Counted from the whole stretch's first letter, positions 24,133-37,934 are shown. The stretch: 63,764 bases of DNA, filler included, from Octopus bimaculoides (GCF_001194135.2; 6 parts of 6 records of this genome joined end to end with filler, not necessarily neighbours in it); one strand, 5' to 3'. A program made the numbers and translations. Notes: a model not told the origin generated them from the letters alone.

Positions 24133-25324
24133 TCAGTTGTGACAGAGAGGTGGGATGATAAAGTGGATCAGAAAGCAGTCATCCATCTGTACACTGTCCA
24201 GTTGTCCATCCACCCTTTCAACCAATCGGTCAATCTGTCAAGAAAACATTGGTGACGATGAAGATGGACGTTCGTTGGACTTCATCTGTTCTGAGAATTA
24301 CGATAAAGACAAAATGACAAATAAACAATAGAAAAATATCCACGCCAAGATGGCTGAGGTGATCTGTTTTCTTTGAGCAGTATATAAAAGAGAAAATGTC
24401 TCAATGACTGATTATAGTGAAAATGACTGAACAGTCAGGAGTTCGTGTACCATCATTATAGCTATATGCTGCGGCTGCATAGGGCTAAGTGATAAATGTG
24501 TCGCGCTCTACTTAGTTTAGAAGCTGGACAGGTGAGACAAGAAAGAAAGAGAGAGGGAGAAAGAGAAGAGATAAGGAGAGAGAAGAGATTAAGGGAAAGG
24601 AGAGATATGAAGGGGAGAGAGGAGAGATAAGGAGAAACAGGAGATATGAAAGAGAGAGGGGAAATAAGGAGATATATGAAGAGACAGAGACATGAAGGAG
24701 AGAGGAGACTTAAGAAGAAGTCACAAAGATATGAAGGAGAGGGAAGAGATAAGGAATCACAGAGATATGAATGAGAGCGGAGTGATAAGAGGGAGAAACG
24801 AGAGATGTGAAGAAGAGAGGGAGACAAAGGGGGGATAAAAAGGAGAGAAGAATACAAAAGAGTGAAAGAGAGAGGAGAGAGTTGGATATTGTCAGGAAGT
24901 GTCGATAAGATGGACGTTGGCATATTTTACTAACCCAGGTAATGGAAAAACAAACTTATAACTAGAAATGGAATCCCTAAGTAGCTCGTTCGTTACATAA
25001 CGTTATGCATGGTGGATTCTCCGTCGGTCTTGACGAGGAGCATTCAGTTGTCTGGCCAGTTAAATTCCTGCTCGTAAAATTAATGTACAGTATATGTGGT
25101 TGAGTACGCCACAGATGTGTGTATCGTTAACGGACTTATGGGGCTCAATAGGCGTGATAAATAGGACAAGGTTGAACTTTTGAATAGCAGGAACAGACAG
25201 AGAGAGGGGAAGGGAGAGAGGGAGAGAGAGAGAGGGGGGAAGAGAGAGGGCAGAGAGAGAAGAGGAGAGAAAAAGAGGGTTAGTGTGAGAGAGGGAACGA
25301 GAGAGAGAGACTCTGTGTGTGTGT

Positions 25325-25396
<72 letters not shown>

Positions 25397-25978
25397 TTGA
25401 GTAAGTCGAGAAACAGAGACCCTAACATATGAACACTTTGTAGCCATTAAAAATAATCGTTCGCTATTGCTTCGTGCAGGAGCTCGTAATCAAGCTGATA
25501 GCCACTACATCCAAATTCAGTGATCTGATGTCATTAAGTATCCCTTTTTTTTTTCGCTAAAGTGATCTCAGATCAAGTGCATTTATATATATATCCAATT
25601 CTTAATACGACCAAGTTGAAGGGGGAAAAAAGCGAAAGACGTCCCTTGTCTTAGTTTTAAAGAACGAATAATCAAGTTTTCTTTGCGGGTAAACAGTCTT
25701 TTGGTTCTTTGATCTGTGTTTTTCAGCAATTCACGGTTGCTTTTCGCACACCGGGAAGTTGAAAAGTTGTAATTTGATTATTTATAGTTATCCTTTTTGC
25801 TAACATTTCTTGTATTATATGGACTTGTTCTTAAGTTTTTGGTGTGTTGTTATTGTTTGTGCGTTTGCCGGTTGTTACGTTTTACCGATGTGATTGGAGT
25901 TTTGACTGTTGTTCATTCTTGTTTATAAAGTTGTTTTGCTGTAGTTCTTGTTTGTGGCTTTCCTATTGTTGAATTTGG

Positions 25979-26098
25979 TGGAGGCGCAATGGCCTAGTGG
26001 TTAGGGCAGCGGACTCGCGGTCATAGGATCGCGGTTTCGATTCCCAGATCGGGCGTTGTGAGTGTTTATTGAGCGAAAACACCTATAGCTCCACGAGG
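25979..26098 (+). mobile_element. SINE family F head, 3'-truncated
   Basis: Near-identical to the reverse complement of 15515-15633; similarity ends at ctccacgagg. Confidence 0.85.
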
Positions 26099-26157
26099 AA
26101 TATCGTTCTGGCTCGGAGAAAAAAAATATGTTGGTTTCGAAAGGATTTATTGATATA

Positions 26158-26383
26158 TTAGAAAGTTAAAGAAGTGATTTTAAATTCTCAATCGCAGAAT
26201 AATGCTAATAATATAGCCTGAACAGGATAAACTACCCCTATTTTGCAGAGAAAAGTGTAGGTGACTAGACAGCTAACCACCTACACTTTTCTCTGCAAAA
26301 TAGGGATAGTTTATCCTGTTCAGGCTATATTATTAGCATTATTCTGCGTTTGAGAATTTAAAATCACTTCTTTAGCTTTCTAA
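26158..26383. repeat. near-perfect inverted repeat, 106-bp arms, 14-nt loop
   Basis: Arms 26158-26263 and 26278-26383 pair at 103/106 positions with no indels (checked base by base). Confidence 0.97.
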
Positions 26384-26914
26384 GACATCTCAACGCTTCT
26401 AAAAGCAAACTTCGTTTGTTTATCTACGTTTGTCGTAATTTGAATTATTGATATATATTTTAATGCACGTTAGTGCGTGTCCATGTGCCCGTATGTGCAT
26501 ATATGCATATGTGTATATGTCTACATGAATATATAATTTTGTGTATACATATGTGTGTGTGTATGAGTGTTCGTATGCATATATGTTTGCGTCTGCACAG
26601 GCGCTTGCAAAATGAACAACCAAATACATACCTGTTATTTAAAAAAGACATTAGTTAAAAGTATTGTTTAAAAGTATTATTTTGGAACGTTGCTTAAACA
26701 GCAACGCAATTTCTTGACTTCACTTGTAATGGAATTTACAACATTTATAATAATATCATGAGATCCAGAAAAGAAAATCAATTGCGTGTACATGAAGCAA
26801 CCGTTTTCACACGTGTCGTTCACAAAGGTTTTCAAACAGAAGAACATAAGGATAAGCTACGTTTATGAATTTGTTTTGCAAGATTCCTGATGTTAGATCG
26901 TGTATTGAAACAGA

Positions 26915-27239
26915 TGTTGTTATATTTCGGGATGGTCATTTTAAACAATTTTTTTATTGTCAAATAAACACCCGCACAATATATTCGTTCTTCACTCGTT
27001 TATCATTGTTCTTATTTTACCTTATATCGATTATCCGGAAATCCTTCGTCACATACCTGGAGACAATCAGGATGGAAGAGTCGTTGAAGAGGTCACAGGT
27101 GTGTGATGAAAGATTTCCAGACAATGAACATAAGATAAAATAAGAACAATAAAAAACGAGTGAAGAACGAATATATAGTGCATGTTTTTACTTGGCAAGA
27201 AAAAAAAAATTTAAATGACCATCCAGAAATATAACAATA
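26915..27239. repeat. imperfect inverted repeat, about 145-bp arms, 36-nt loop (foldback/MITE-like)
   Basis: tgttatatttc.ggatggtcatt, tatattcgttcttcactcgttt and ggaaatc.ttc.tcaca.acctg (26915-27059) are reverse-complemented at 27096-27239. Confidence 0.88.
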
Positions 27240-27644
27240 TTAAGGTCAAGCGTTTTCTTCAAACTTTCATTTCATATTTCAAAAAATATTCAGACAGTGA
27301 ATATTTCAAAAGAAAACCAGCCTCAGTTTACCAGCTGATAATCAGAAACGAGTAACTCTGAGCAGTGGAATTGGAGCCTTTCAATTATCATGTATTTATA
27401 TATACGCGAGGACGTGGAATAAGTACAGTGTTACTGGACGCTCAGGAAAGGAAAGAAATATATATATATCAGACCGAGACGAACATCGCCACGAGATCGA
27501 CTGACGTGTTTCGCGGACTTTGGTACATCATCAGTTACGTTTCTGTTCACTGATTACACGACGTTCGTATTATAATCCTGACAAACACGTTTCATGAAAA
27601 ATGTGTTTAAAATATAACTAGTGTACCTGATCTAAATATTGTAT

Positions 27645-27860
27645 ATCTTTTCTACTCTAGGAACAAGGCCCGAAATTTATGGGGAAGGGACCAGTCGATT
27701 AGATCAACCCCAGTGCGCAACTGGTACTTAATTTATCAACCCTGAAAAGATGAAAGGTAAAGTTGACCTCAGCGGAATTTGAACTCAGAACGTAAAAAAA
27801 GACGAAATACCGCTAAGCATTTCGCCCGGCGTGCTAACGTTTATGCAAGCTCGCCGCCTT
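27645..27860 (-). mobile_element. SINE family B
   Basis: Well-preserved reverse complement of the 34406-34620 copy. Confidence 0.88.
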
Positions 27861-29677
27861 CTGAACATTGTATATCTAAGAAATAAATCCTGATTTCTCT
27901 AAACAAGTACTCCTCATAACACCTCTTTCACATTTTTCTGCACTCTTATTAAATATACCCCACCACCCAGGTGCAATGAGACACAGGTTATGAACCACAG
28001 AACTCAACGAATCACTGCATTATTTGAACTCAGAACCACGAGCTAACGAACAGATATGTCCCACCCCTACACTACGTACGAGGCTGTGAGGTTATTTGAC
28101 TTCCTAAAAACAGCAGACACATTTTCCCCAAATTATATCTCACCGCCTTAAAAAAAGAAATATAGTCATAAGTAGAGAAGATGCAGTTGTTAGATTCAAG
28201 AAAAAGAAAAAAAGTCGGAATAGTCATGTCTAGACTGTTTTTGATAATAGGTTTGCTTGATTAGGGCAATAACTAAAACACCAAACGAGCCCTTCCGTAC
28301 TCACGACTTGCAAGAAATAGATGGGACTGTCAGAGCTGAAACTTCTTTTCCAAAGGTTGATATACAACAACAACAACAATAATAATAATAATCCAGGCAT
28401 TGGCTCTCATGACTTCTGATCTTAACTGATTGGAAGTGTTATCATGTACATGGTTTGTCTTGGTATAAAAGATGAGCTACTGCAAATATCCTGCTCAATA
28501 CCACAGATTCGTTTGTAAGTTGTTTGACCTTAACCACTTGAGCATGTCCCTTGGTGGCTGACGACATGTGCATCTCTGATCACGAGCAGAAGTAGTGGGG
28601 GAGCATCATAGCCATGTGTTGAGAGGAATTCTTTGGCGTTTAAATAGTTCACCTCTGGAAATATGTCTCCTCTCCTATATTTTCTCTTATTCAAGAATCT
28701 TCTTCCAGCATTCGCTAATTTACCTCGTCTAGACCNNNNNNNNNNNNNNNNNNNNNNNNNNNNNNNNNNNNNNNNNNNNTTAATTAATTAANNNNNNNNN
28801 NNNNNNNNNNNNNNNNNNNNNNNNNNNNNNNNNNNGTATATATAGATAGATAGATACATACATACATACATACATACATAGATATTCATAAATGTTCACT
28901 CGCATTTAGTTATGCACATTTAGTTATTCATAAATATATAGTTATGAATAGTAAGATATGGCGGGAAGCTGCGTAGCTATACGGCATTAGACAATCACCT
29001 GAAAAGATTTCTGCTTATTAACATAAGGCCATGCATGATTATCCCCTCAGAGTATCATAGTGGCACCAATACTCACAACTATGATAGAATATAGCACTAT
29101 ATCACGACTCAGTTTTAGCGAGATGCTAATCAGGTATAGGTGGGAATATAAAGGGAATACCCTAAAATGAAATATAATTGATAGAAAGGACAGTTCTGGA
29201 GATACAAATTATAAGGTGTTCCAGTGTTGCAAATGCATACCCATCCAATATATGAATGGACACAGTGGACGTTTCCTAACCATAATTCCTATAAAATGAG
29301 TCTTACTTCCCCCTTGTAAGTTATCACTTTAATAAACAGGAGCCTAACTTACATTTATGCTGATGTTACTTGAAATATACTGAAGGTGTTTCCTTTCGAA
29401 AATATATATAATTTTCTAAGTGACTCACAGTCACTGATAGAAACACTGTTGTTTAGCCGACGAAGGGAAATGACCCTGAAAGAGTACGGTCCACAGATAC
29501 AGCTTTGTGCTTGATGGGGGTGCTGATATCCCCTGTTCAAAAATATAAGGACACAGATCGTGTGTCGTATAGCCAGCTGGAGACGATATCTGCTGGGGTA
29601 AACAATAGTAGCATTCGACCCAAAATGGGACTGCCACATTAGGATGGCAAAAAAAATCGTTATTTAAAGTGCTGCTT

Positions 29678-29731
<54 letters not shown>

Positions 29732-30016
29732 NNNNNNNNNNNNNNNNNNNNNNNNNNNNNNNNNNNNNNNNNNNNNNNNNNNNNNNNNNNNNNNNNNNNN
29801 NNNNNNNNNNNNNNNNNNNNNNNNNNNNNNNNNNNNNTACACAAATATATAGTGTTGTGTCGACACCCCCAAGCGAAGAATTAGGATCTCCCAAAACAGA
29901 TAAATAGAGGTAGTCTGGCTTTGGTAGGTGTGTTGAGTAGCAGTCGAGTAGCAGTTGTGTAGCGGTTGAGTAGAGATCATCCAAAGGTGCTAGATAGCAG
30001 TAGCTTGAGACATAAC

Positions 30017-30090
<74 letters not shown>

Positions 30091-31346
30091 GTTCGACTAT
30101 ATATATATATATATGTTTAACTCACACTTATATCGTTGTGTGAATGAATAATTGGACAGGCAAGTTTGGAGCTAAATAATTGAGAAGAAAAACTTTTTAA
30201 AAAAAGAATATATACGAGGACGTTGAATATAACTCTCCCAGATTTTCTTGGCAAGTAATCTCATTGTGTTCTGACCGAAGTAAAAGTAATAGTGTATTTG
30301 TACTAATGAGTTTGAAGCTGCCACTTATGACAAATCGCTAAATCTTTCCAGCCAACCTGATCTTCTATTCTCCAAATAGATATATCAAAGTTGGCAACCA
30401 CAGTGATATAAAAGTATTTAATATCTATTTTTTAAACATTCATTATCCCTGTCATATCAGATGATTTTATCCTTATCTAATATATTTTGAATTTTTCATG
30501 CGTATATATGTACATTTGTTTTTACTGAATGGTAACTGAAGAGGTTGACATGTCTGTATGCTTTCTTTGGAAGAGTGGGAGAAAGACGAAGTTATACATA
30601 TTATGAGTAAAAAACAGTTATTTATTGTGTGTACAGAGATATACCTATAGGTATGTATACAATGTATGTGTGGATATATATATATGTGGTAGTTGTACAT
30701 ACATATACGCAAGCCTACATGTGCTTATATACATATCTTTGTATATATCTATCTATACATACGGGTATGTACGTATGTATGTATGTATGTATTGTAGTAG
30801 GTTAAAAAGATATCGAAGGCGTATACATAATAGGTACATACAATTAGTGCAGAGAAAGAGCAAGTGTCTCAACACCGATCTTAAGAGCGGAGATTCAGGG
30901 TACACCTAAATAAAAGCAATGTATTGGTCGAGCTGATCTAGGTATAATAAAACGACATGCATGAGCAGTTAGTTTCAAGGTAACAAATCAGTTCATAACA
31001 GATTTAAATAAATTAAAGAATAGCTGTATATAAAACATAGTGGAGAACAGGAGAAAAATTGAATGTAAAAGGGCATAATGATTCAAGTGTAGACAGGCAC
31101 TCTCTAAGATAAGGTAGAACAGAAGTGTTTTAGTGTTAATTCTGTCCAGATACATTAGTAAAAAGAATGGCGTCACTGTTGATTAACTTTCAACTAATAT
31201 TGCTTTCAAATTTTGAAACAAAGCCAGCGGTTTTGAGGTGGAGGTATGTCGATCAAACCCACCACAGTGTTCAACTGCTACTTATTTTATTTACCCTGCA
31301 TCGATGAAAGGCCTTAATATTCCTAATAGATATTATTTTAGAGCTG

Positions 31347-31565
31347 AAGGCGGCGTGCTGGCAGAATCGTTAGCACGCCGGGAAAAAAAAAACGCTTAGT
31401 AACATTTTGTCCGTCATTAAATTATGATTTCAGATGCCACCAATGTTGACCTTACAGTTCATCCTTTCGGAATCGATAAAATGAGTACCAGTGGAACACT
31501 GTGGTCGATGTAATAGATTTAGCCCCTGCACCGAGAATGCTGACCTCGTGCCAAAATTTGAAATC
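31347..31565 (+). mobile_element. SINE family B
   Basis: ggcggcgtgctggcagaatcgttagcacgccggg...catcctttcggaatcgataaaatgagtaccag. Confidence 0.8.
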
Positions 31566-31599
31566 GGTATTACTTCATAGCTGTTTCTACTATTTCATA

Positions 31600-31940
31600 A
31601 TACGGAACTATTCTTGAAACATCTATTATGTGTTACCTACGCGTTTCAATTCTATAAGCTGTAGCCTTCTCACCATTAACGCCATTGATCATATTTCCCT
31701 GTAATTCTTTCCTACGGCGTTCTAGACTGTACCTCTCTACGCCTTAACCATTTTGCCAATTTAGCTTCCAAAATGTACGGTTGAGAGCATTCCTGAGAAG
31801 GCCACCACAAACTAGTAAACGCAGTGCAATTTCCTCAGGGAATTCGCTTGAAACTTATGTCTCCCCAGAGAGAGGGTCATTGGCTGCAAATGTCTGACTT
31901 CTGCTTCACCAGAGTTCATGCAGCTATTCTCTCAGTTTTC
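31600..31940 (-). mobile_element. old CR1-like LINE 3' fragment
   Basis: Minus strand tacagtctagaacgccgtagg translates as YSLERRR (about 31709-31730), a CR1 RT C-terminal motif; the rest is heavily decayed. Confidence 0.5.
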
Positions 31941-33129
31941 TAGCGATACCAAGGTTACACAGTTTGTGATACATCACCCCATTATCACCTTTATCAAAAA
32001 TAAAATATATCCACATTTGAGTGGTTTAGCTGTTGTTTCATAACCAGTCGTAGTGCTGCAATAGTAGTTAGTGTAAGGCAAATCCTTACTGGACGGAAAC
32101 CATGCGGCGGGTGCGTGTGCGTGTGTGTGTTTGTGTGAGCATGTTATTTTCTTCCAGGAATATGATCAGCCTCTTTTGACAATGCGTTCACTGACCTTGC
32201 TTACATTTAGTCAGAGGAATAAGCCTGTAATTTATAATATATATATATATGAGTTACTGTGTGTCTGTCTGTGTGTGTGTGCGCACGTGTGTATGTATAT
32301 TCGTATATATATGTATGTTTATAGGTATATAAATATATACGNNNNNNNNNNNNNNNNNNNNNNNNNNNNNNNNNNNNNNNNNNNNNNNNNNNNNNNNNNN
32401 NNNNNNNNNNNNNNNNNNNNNNNNNNNNNNNNNNNNNNNNNNNNNNNNNNNNNNNNNNNNNNNNNNNNNNNNNNNNNNNNNNNNNNNNNNNNNNNNNNNN
32501 NNNNNNNNNNNNNNNNNNNNNNNNNNNNNNNNNNNNNNNNNTATATATGCATATAATCATGTGTTGATAAGTATATTCATATATGTTGGCGAATAGTTTT
32601 TTTTTTTTTCCTTTTAACTCTAGTAAATTCCATGATGTTCTTTTTCTGTGCCTATGTTCGTGTAGATGCTACACGTACGCACTCGCAAACGCACACTGGT
32701 GCATGGACACACACGGAAACAAACTGACACATACACATACACACACATACACACACACACAGTGGACACACACAGTGGACACACACAGTGGACACACACA
32801 TATCAATATCTCCTGAGAAATATGTCTATACCCAAATGTATACAATAAAATCTTGGCTTTTTCTACTGTCGTTATTGTTTTCATATGTTCACCCATCTGT
32901 GATTTGCATGTTATATCAAAGTGTAAACATATATGTAGATTAATCAAGTTCTGTCTACTATTGACCAGTAGCCATGTCTAATTATATAGTACCAGTTATT
33001 GGATGAGTTTAGTTATGGTAGAATTTATTACTTAGGATATTAAAAGCAGCTCTTATAGATGAATCGCTGTTAGGTGAAACATCCGTCGTTCTGTTATTTT
33101 CTAGGAGGAGATTAGTTAGGATATCGGTA

Positions 33130-33752
33130 AAAGCGCTGCAGTAGAGATTCCAATCCTTTGTGTACAGGATTGATGTCTGTAGATGTCAACTTCTTTTTCA
33201 TCATTTCGGTATCAATAGAATATAATACCAGTTGTGTAATAGGGTTGATGTAATCGGTTGCCCCTACCATATCGAAATTTGTAGCCTTCTTAATAATTTA
33301 GGTAGAATTATAATTATTATTGTCATCACCACAACTATCATTTACCAACAAACACTCTTATTCCTCCTCCTTCTCCTTCAATCTGCTGTTGATGTTGTTG
33401 TTGTTGCTGTTGTTGTTGTTGTTATTATTATTATTATTATTGATGTTGTTGTTGTGATCTAAATTAGTGGCACTTTTGTCCGTCTTTATATTCAGATTTC
33501 AAATTCCTTCGAGATAGATTTTATACTTACCAGCTGAGCACTGGAGCCGATTTAACATTTTAAAACTTGTACCGATAATAGAAATTATTGCTGTTATTCA
33601 AATTCCTCCGAGGTCGACTTTACCTTTTATCTTTCCGAAGTGGATAAATTAAGTACAATTGAGACACAGGAGTCCATAAAATTGACTCATCCCCTCTCCC
33701 AGAATTGTAGCCCTTGTGGCAAAATCTGAAACCAATATTATTATTATTATTA
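33130..33752 (+). mobile_element. train of about three degenerate SINE family B copies
   Basis: aaattcc...gaggtcgactttacc-type blocks and att/gtt tails recur. Confidence 0.6.
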
Positions 33753-33779
33753 TTTAAGACGTCGAACAGTATCTAATAT

Positions 33780-34372
33780 CGTGAAGTTGTTAATTGAAGA
33801 TATTGTGTCTACCGGGGGTTTGTAAGTCTTTCAAGCCAGAACAAGGAACTCGAATAGACTGTACTTTACGCAATATGCGTGCAGTTACAAGTATTGTAAA
33901 TTTTTGTAATACACCTAGATAGTAGGGCATTTCACAAGTTTCCAGATATTTCCCTAGCTTGGCCGGTTTTGAACCCAGTGCTTCGATGACAATAACGACA
34001 ACATCTATGCCTGACCATCGTAGCAGCCACGCCTTAGTGATCTCAATTTTCAGGTCTCCATATTTATCATTCTTTTCTCTTTCTTTCATGATAATATGTT
34101 GACCGCTTGGCACTGCCACGTCGATTATTAGGCACTTTTGTTTCTCCCTCCTAAAGGTTACTATATCCGGCCTTTGGTGCTCTAATACCTTGTCTGTCTC
34201 GAAGTCAAAGTCCCAAGGTTTTGTCTTTGGTTTACTGAACATTCTTCCATATCTCTAATTTCACTGTTGATGCACTCCTGTATGCTAGTCAGCCCACGTC
34301 TACCTTTCATTCTTTTCATGTACAGCCTGTGTACATTCACTTTAGAGTGGAGGGCACCATGCATTGTCAATT
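33780..34372 (-). mobile_element. R4/Dong LINE copy C, 3' fragment with internal deletion
   Basis: MTMHGALHSKVNVHRLYMKRMKGRRGL is joined directly to WDFDFETDKVLEHQRPDIV...IIDVAVP...ARILRKV; the zinc-knuckle region is absent. Confidence 0.85.
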
Positions 34373-34405
34373 ATTGTCGTTGTTCTTGCTGTTGTTTTTG
34401 TTGCT

Positions 34406-34618
34406 CAAGTCGGCGTGCTGGCAGAATCATTAACACGCCGGGCGAAATGCTTAGTGATATTTCGTCTGCCGCTATCTTCTGAGTTCAACATTCGCCGGTG
34501 TTGACTTCGTCTTTCATCATTTCGGGGTCGATGAATAAAGTACCAGCGAAACACTGGGTCGATGTACTCGACAAGTACCCTCCTCCAAATTTCAGGCCTT
34601 GTGCTTTTAGTAGAAAGG

Positions 34619-34620
<2 letters not shown>
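34406..34620 (+). mobile_element. SINE family B, full length with (ATT)n tail
   Basis: tRNA-like head with B-box (ttctgagttcaac), central cattt/cggggtcgatgaataaagtaccag block, and tail agtagaaaggattattatt. Confidence 0.9.
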
Positions 34621-34674
<54 letters not shown>

Positions 34675-34699
34675 CATCATCATCATAAGCATCATTATT

Positions 34700-36050
34700 T
34701 TATTGACTTTGCACGGCTTCTAACGCTGGACATGTACTACGGTGTCAGCTGTTCCCTGCCAGTGAACTAAAGTAACACTCCTTATTTTTCGAGCACCACC
34801 AGGAATATTCATGCGGTTCGAAGCAGTGCTGTTTTCTGCAAGTGCTCCATCCTTATTACAGCCCCTATTTGTTCAATATACTTCTCTAGATTTTTACTCA
34901 CTCTTCCCTGGGCTCCGACCATTATTCGAACTACTACCACCTTTTTCAGAGACCACAACTGTTTAATCTCCCAAGTTAACCTGTCATATCTATCGACTTT
35001 TCTTTCTTCCTTATCGTATAACTTGTTGTCAGTTGAGCATGTTATATCTATGATCCAACATATTTTGCTTTCTTTCTCACTTAACACTGTGTCTGGTTTT
35101 CTATTCTCTATTTCATGGTCGCACTGAATCATAAAATCCCATGGGATCTTTGCCTTATCATTTTCGATGATGCGTTCAGATTTATGTTCGTACCACTTTT
35201 TGCTCTGTCAAGTCCATACTTGTTGCAAAGTGTCCAATGGACAATCCTTGCTATATTATCATGACGACTCATACTCTTGCTGGGCTAGTGGCGTACATTG
35301 ACGAGTAATATGCCATACGGTTTCACCATCTTGTCTTAAAATTCTGCACTTATCATTTGCTGATGATGTCTATTCTGTAATTGATGTAATTCGTTCTTAA
35401 TGCTTGCTCTTTAGCATCACAGAAAAGAACATCTGTTTCCGGTTTAAATCACTTTTAGTCATCCATAACCATCTTTTTACTCTGTCTCTCTTATCTTCAA
35501 CATCCTTTTGAAATTGTCCATGCATTCTTATCTTTATCCAATTTGCTTTATCATTAAAATTTTCCATCCTCCACAAGCTTGATCTTCTTACTTCCAACAA
35601 TAACGGTTCTGTTGCGTTTTTTATATACCATTCTATGTTGTTTTCTTCTGCTCTAATGCTGTGTTAGCATCCAATCAGTCCTCTCCCCGCTGTTTTTCTT
35701 GGTACATACAATCTGGTTGTGTTACTTTTTGAATGGAGTATCCCATATTTAGTCAACAACGTTCTTGCCTTTTTGTCTAAGCTGTTTAGTTCGTCTGCTG
35801 TACATGCGATTACCCCTGCTTCATATCTAAGGAGTGAAACCGCCCAGGTGTTGATAGCTTCAATGTTATTCCGTCCGGTTAATTTCGACTTAAGGATCAG
35901 TCTTAATCTGCGCAAGTACTCCATCTTAATTTTTTTTTTTTTTTTTGTCATTTCTTTCTCCAATTTATCCTTTTGGCAACTCTGATTCGTCCATACATTT
36001 GATTTGACTCCACTTCAAGACTAAAACACCACACTTTTTTCAACGAGGGA
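34700..36050 (-). mobile_element. R4/Dong LINE copy D, 5'-truncated
   Basis: EYLRRLRLILKSKL..N.IEAINTWAVS, LHSKSNTTRLY..R..GRGLIG, MHGQFQK and NRKPDTVL...WIIDI (RLE), LQKTALLRTA. Confidence 0.88.
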
Positions 36051-36074
36051 GTTGACATGCTATTCATCTTTACC

Positions 36075-36380
<306 letters not shown>

Positions 36381-36384
36381 CATC

Positions 36385-37445
36385 TTCTTTCAATTCTGGT
36401 TCAATTTGTTGCCGAGTGTCTTCCTGACACCTAGGGCAGAGAAACTCACTGTATATATTCGTAGGCCATTAAAATAAACAAACCAAATTGTTCATTTACA
36501 AAGTCATGTGATGTAGAAAAGGGGAAGAATGACACAGAGAAAAAGGAAAAAATAAAAAATAAACAATGAAAATAAAAGCGCAAAGGGAAAGAAAATTCAT
36601 AGTGACAATGCTTTTATCTGAACGTGTGAAGTCAGGGATCACTCATAAATAATTTTAGTTCCTTTTTTTGATCATTCCAAGTGCTCCTATATTCCCTGGT
36701 ATTGCCATTGTCTTGAGATGCCACATCTGTTCGATTTCGATTACCAAATCTTTATATTTTCTGAGCTTATGAAATTCTTTTGCGAAATATTATGGTCAAA
36801 GTGTATGCTCCTGTCAATCAATAAACAGACTTTACTGTTTTGGTCTTTCACAACAATATCTGGTTTATTTGCTTTGCTGGTCCGGCCAGTACATACTAGA
36901 AAATCCCAAAGAATCTTTACATTTTCTCCCTCAGCTACCGCTTCAGAGTGACGTTTGTACTATTTGTCAGTAGTTTTGGTTTTATGATGTCGACACATTA
37001 ACCAATGTAGATATTGGCCAACTCTGTCATGTCTAGATTTGTACTCTACAGGAACTAAAACCTTACACCCAGAGATTAGGTGATCCACTGTTTCAATCCC
37101 ATCGTTGCAGTATCGGCACTCTTGGTCAACACCACTTTCCATCATATTGGCTTGATTGTTCCGTGTCAATAAACTCTGATCTTCAGCAACGAAGATAAAG
37201 CCTTCATTCTCTGCATTTGGCTCTGAGCTCCGTAGCCACTGATGGGTGTGCTTCTGGCCAATATCAGCTTGTTTGCTACAGGCCACATATTTGCCATGCA
37301 AAGATTTTGTTCCGACCTATCAACCAATTATTCAAACGCATTTTGCTTTGCTATTCATTTCATCTTCTTTGCAACTACAGTTGCCACACATCCATCATGC
37401 TGTTCAACCTAGATATAATGAATAAACTCACTTGTAAAGTTTATG
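36385..37445 (-). mobile_element. R4/Dong LINE copy F, 5'-truncated, with CCHC knuckle and RLE remnants
   Basis: HGKY...QWLRSS..AENEGF..AEDQSL...CRYCNDGIETVDHLISGC...RHDRVGQYLHW, then KILWDF and NKPDIVV. Confidence 0.88.
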
Positions 37446-37507
37446 CTCTTTTTATTATTATTATTATTGCTCAAGACGTTGTGCCTATAGCAGAGAGGTT
37501 TATTGTT

Positions 37508-37710
37508 CAAGGCGGTGAGTTGACAGAATCGTTAACACGCCAGGCGAAATAGTTAGCTGTATTTCGTCTGCCGCTACGTTCTGAGTTCAATTTTCACCGA
37601 GGTTAACTCTCCCTTTCATCCTTTCAGGGTCCATTAATTTAGGGCTCGATGTGATCCCCACAAAATCCAGGACTTGAGCCTATAGTAGAAACGATGTTTA
37701 TTGTTGTTCT
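37508..37710 (+). mobile_element. SINE family B
   Basis: ggcggtgagttgacagaatcgttaacacgccaggcgaaat...ctgagttcaatt. Confidence 0.8.
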
Positions 37711-37934
37711 TGTTGTTGAAATAGGGAGCAGCGCATGTCACCCAAGTGATGCTGGGATACATATTTACGAGGCTCAAGAGAGCCATTATAACTACGCGTG
37801 TGATAAGGGTACGCCGCTGCAATAAGTGTGTGAATCTGAGAGAGGAGTATGGTGGATAAAATCATAATTAATTTATCTTGCTGTATTTTCTTTTACCCAA
37901 GGGCAGGAACTTTTCAGCACTCCCTCTTTTAAAT

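Noticed and set aside
25979-26055. tRNA-like sequence with A and B boxes
   Set aside because: It continues into SINE body sequence identical to 15251-15633, so it is a SINE head, not a tRNA gene.
29850-30000. TG-starting segment with gagtagcagt repeats (solo LTR?)
   Set aside because: No matching CA end, TSD or second copy visible.
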